Part shown: in pieces, positions 63,436-64,000 of the stretch | How the letters are laid out: each line of letters begins with the position of its first letter | Numbering within the stretch: position 1 is the first letter of the stretch | Source: Antedon mediterranea | Taxonomy: Eukaryota > Animalia > Echinodermata | Assembly: GCF_964355755.1 (NCBI RefSeq) | Contig: NC_092674.1 | Coordinates: forward strand, 2,108,001 to 2,172,000 | DNA length: 64,000 nt | Direction: 5' to 3' | Program-made: the position numbers and the translations under genes | The notes under the pieces: generated by a model | Told to the model about the DNA's origin: nothing | Databases searched by the model: none | The model's input: the letters and a program-made list of their open reading frames with translations, nothing else

Positions 63436-64000
63436 GTAACAACATGCTGTGATGACTGACGACAGATTCATTATGCTTAATCAGGAATGGTCACGAAGTA
63501 CATGTCCGCAAGTTAATCACACAAATTCCACGACCTGTGCTGTTTTTGTTTTGTTTTTAAGATCATCTAGATTGCTATAAGGTTGTGATATAATCATTGA
63601 GCAGTGATGATAACAAATATGTAACAACCAATTACAAGCCTGCATGCTAGTTTGTTTGTGGTTCCCATGACTACCAGCATTGTAATTAGTTCACATATCA
63701 ACAATCGTAAATTTTATTTTAGCCTGTTTTTCTTTTTATATGGTCAATTTTGTCTTAATAAACAAATCTTACCATCAACTTATTTTTATGTCTTATTGCT
63801 GGGTCATAGGGTCAGTTAAAGGGGTCAACAATTTACAATTACAGGAACAACAATTTACAATTACAATTACAATTTACAATTTACAATTACAGGAATTTTT
63901 TTGATAGTTTTAATGAGGTAGTAAGGCATTATCTACACTATCAAACTTTATGTGACAAAAAATGTGATGTGCCCATATATGGACATGATGATATATATTT

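Noticed and set aside
1-64000. Prokaryotic operon, defence or phage system
   Set aside because: Spliceosomal introns, metazoan genes, SINEs and low coding density show animal nuclear DNA; no bacterial-like gene was seen.

Overview
AT-rich, intron-rich animal (invertebrate) genomic DNA, not prokaryotic. A deuterostome such as an echinoderm is plausible, but that is inference only. Three host genes lie on the + strand, all reconstructed by hand with GT-AG introns in consistent phase: (1) the last exons of a beta-PIX/ARHGEF6-7 RhoGEF (465-9140); (2) a complete 3-exon, 293-aa histamine N-methyltransferase-like gene (15348-16969); (3) the first 10 exons of a type II diacylglycerol kinase (DGK delta/eta; PH, C1A, C1B, start of the catalytic domain; 19787 to beyond 63435). 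Introns and intergenic DNA are dense in mobile elements: a near-intact intron-containing hAT-type transposon with a 6-bp TSD (36587-40442), non-autonomous CAGGG...CCCTG elements with 5-6 bp TSDs, about 17 copies of one PIF/Harbinger-type MITE (three carrying nested insertions), tRNA-derived SINEs, LINE fragments, a Helentron-type element and several minisatellites. The most unexpected signal is a dispersed repeat family carrying minimal type I hammerhead ribozyme motifs on the - strand (54211-54250, 24509-24549; a weaker one at 49844-49886). All family assignments come from recalled motifs, not database searches.
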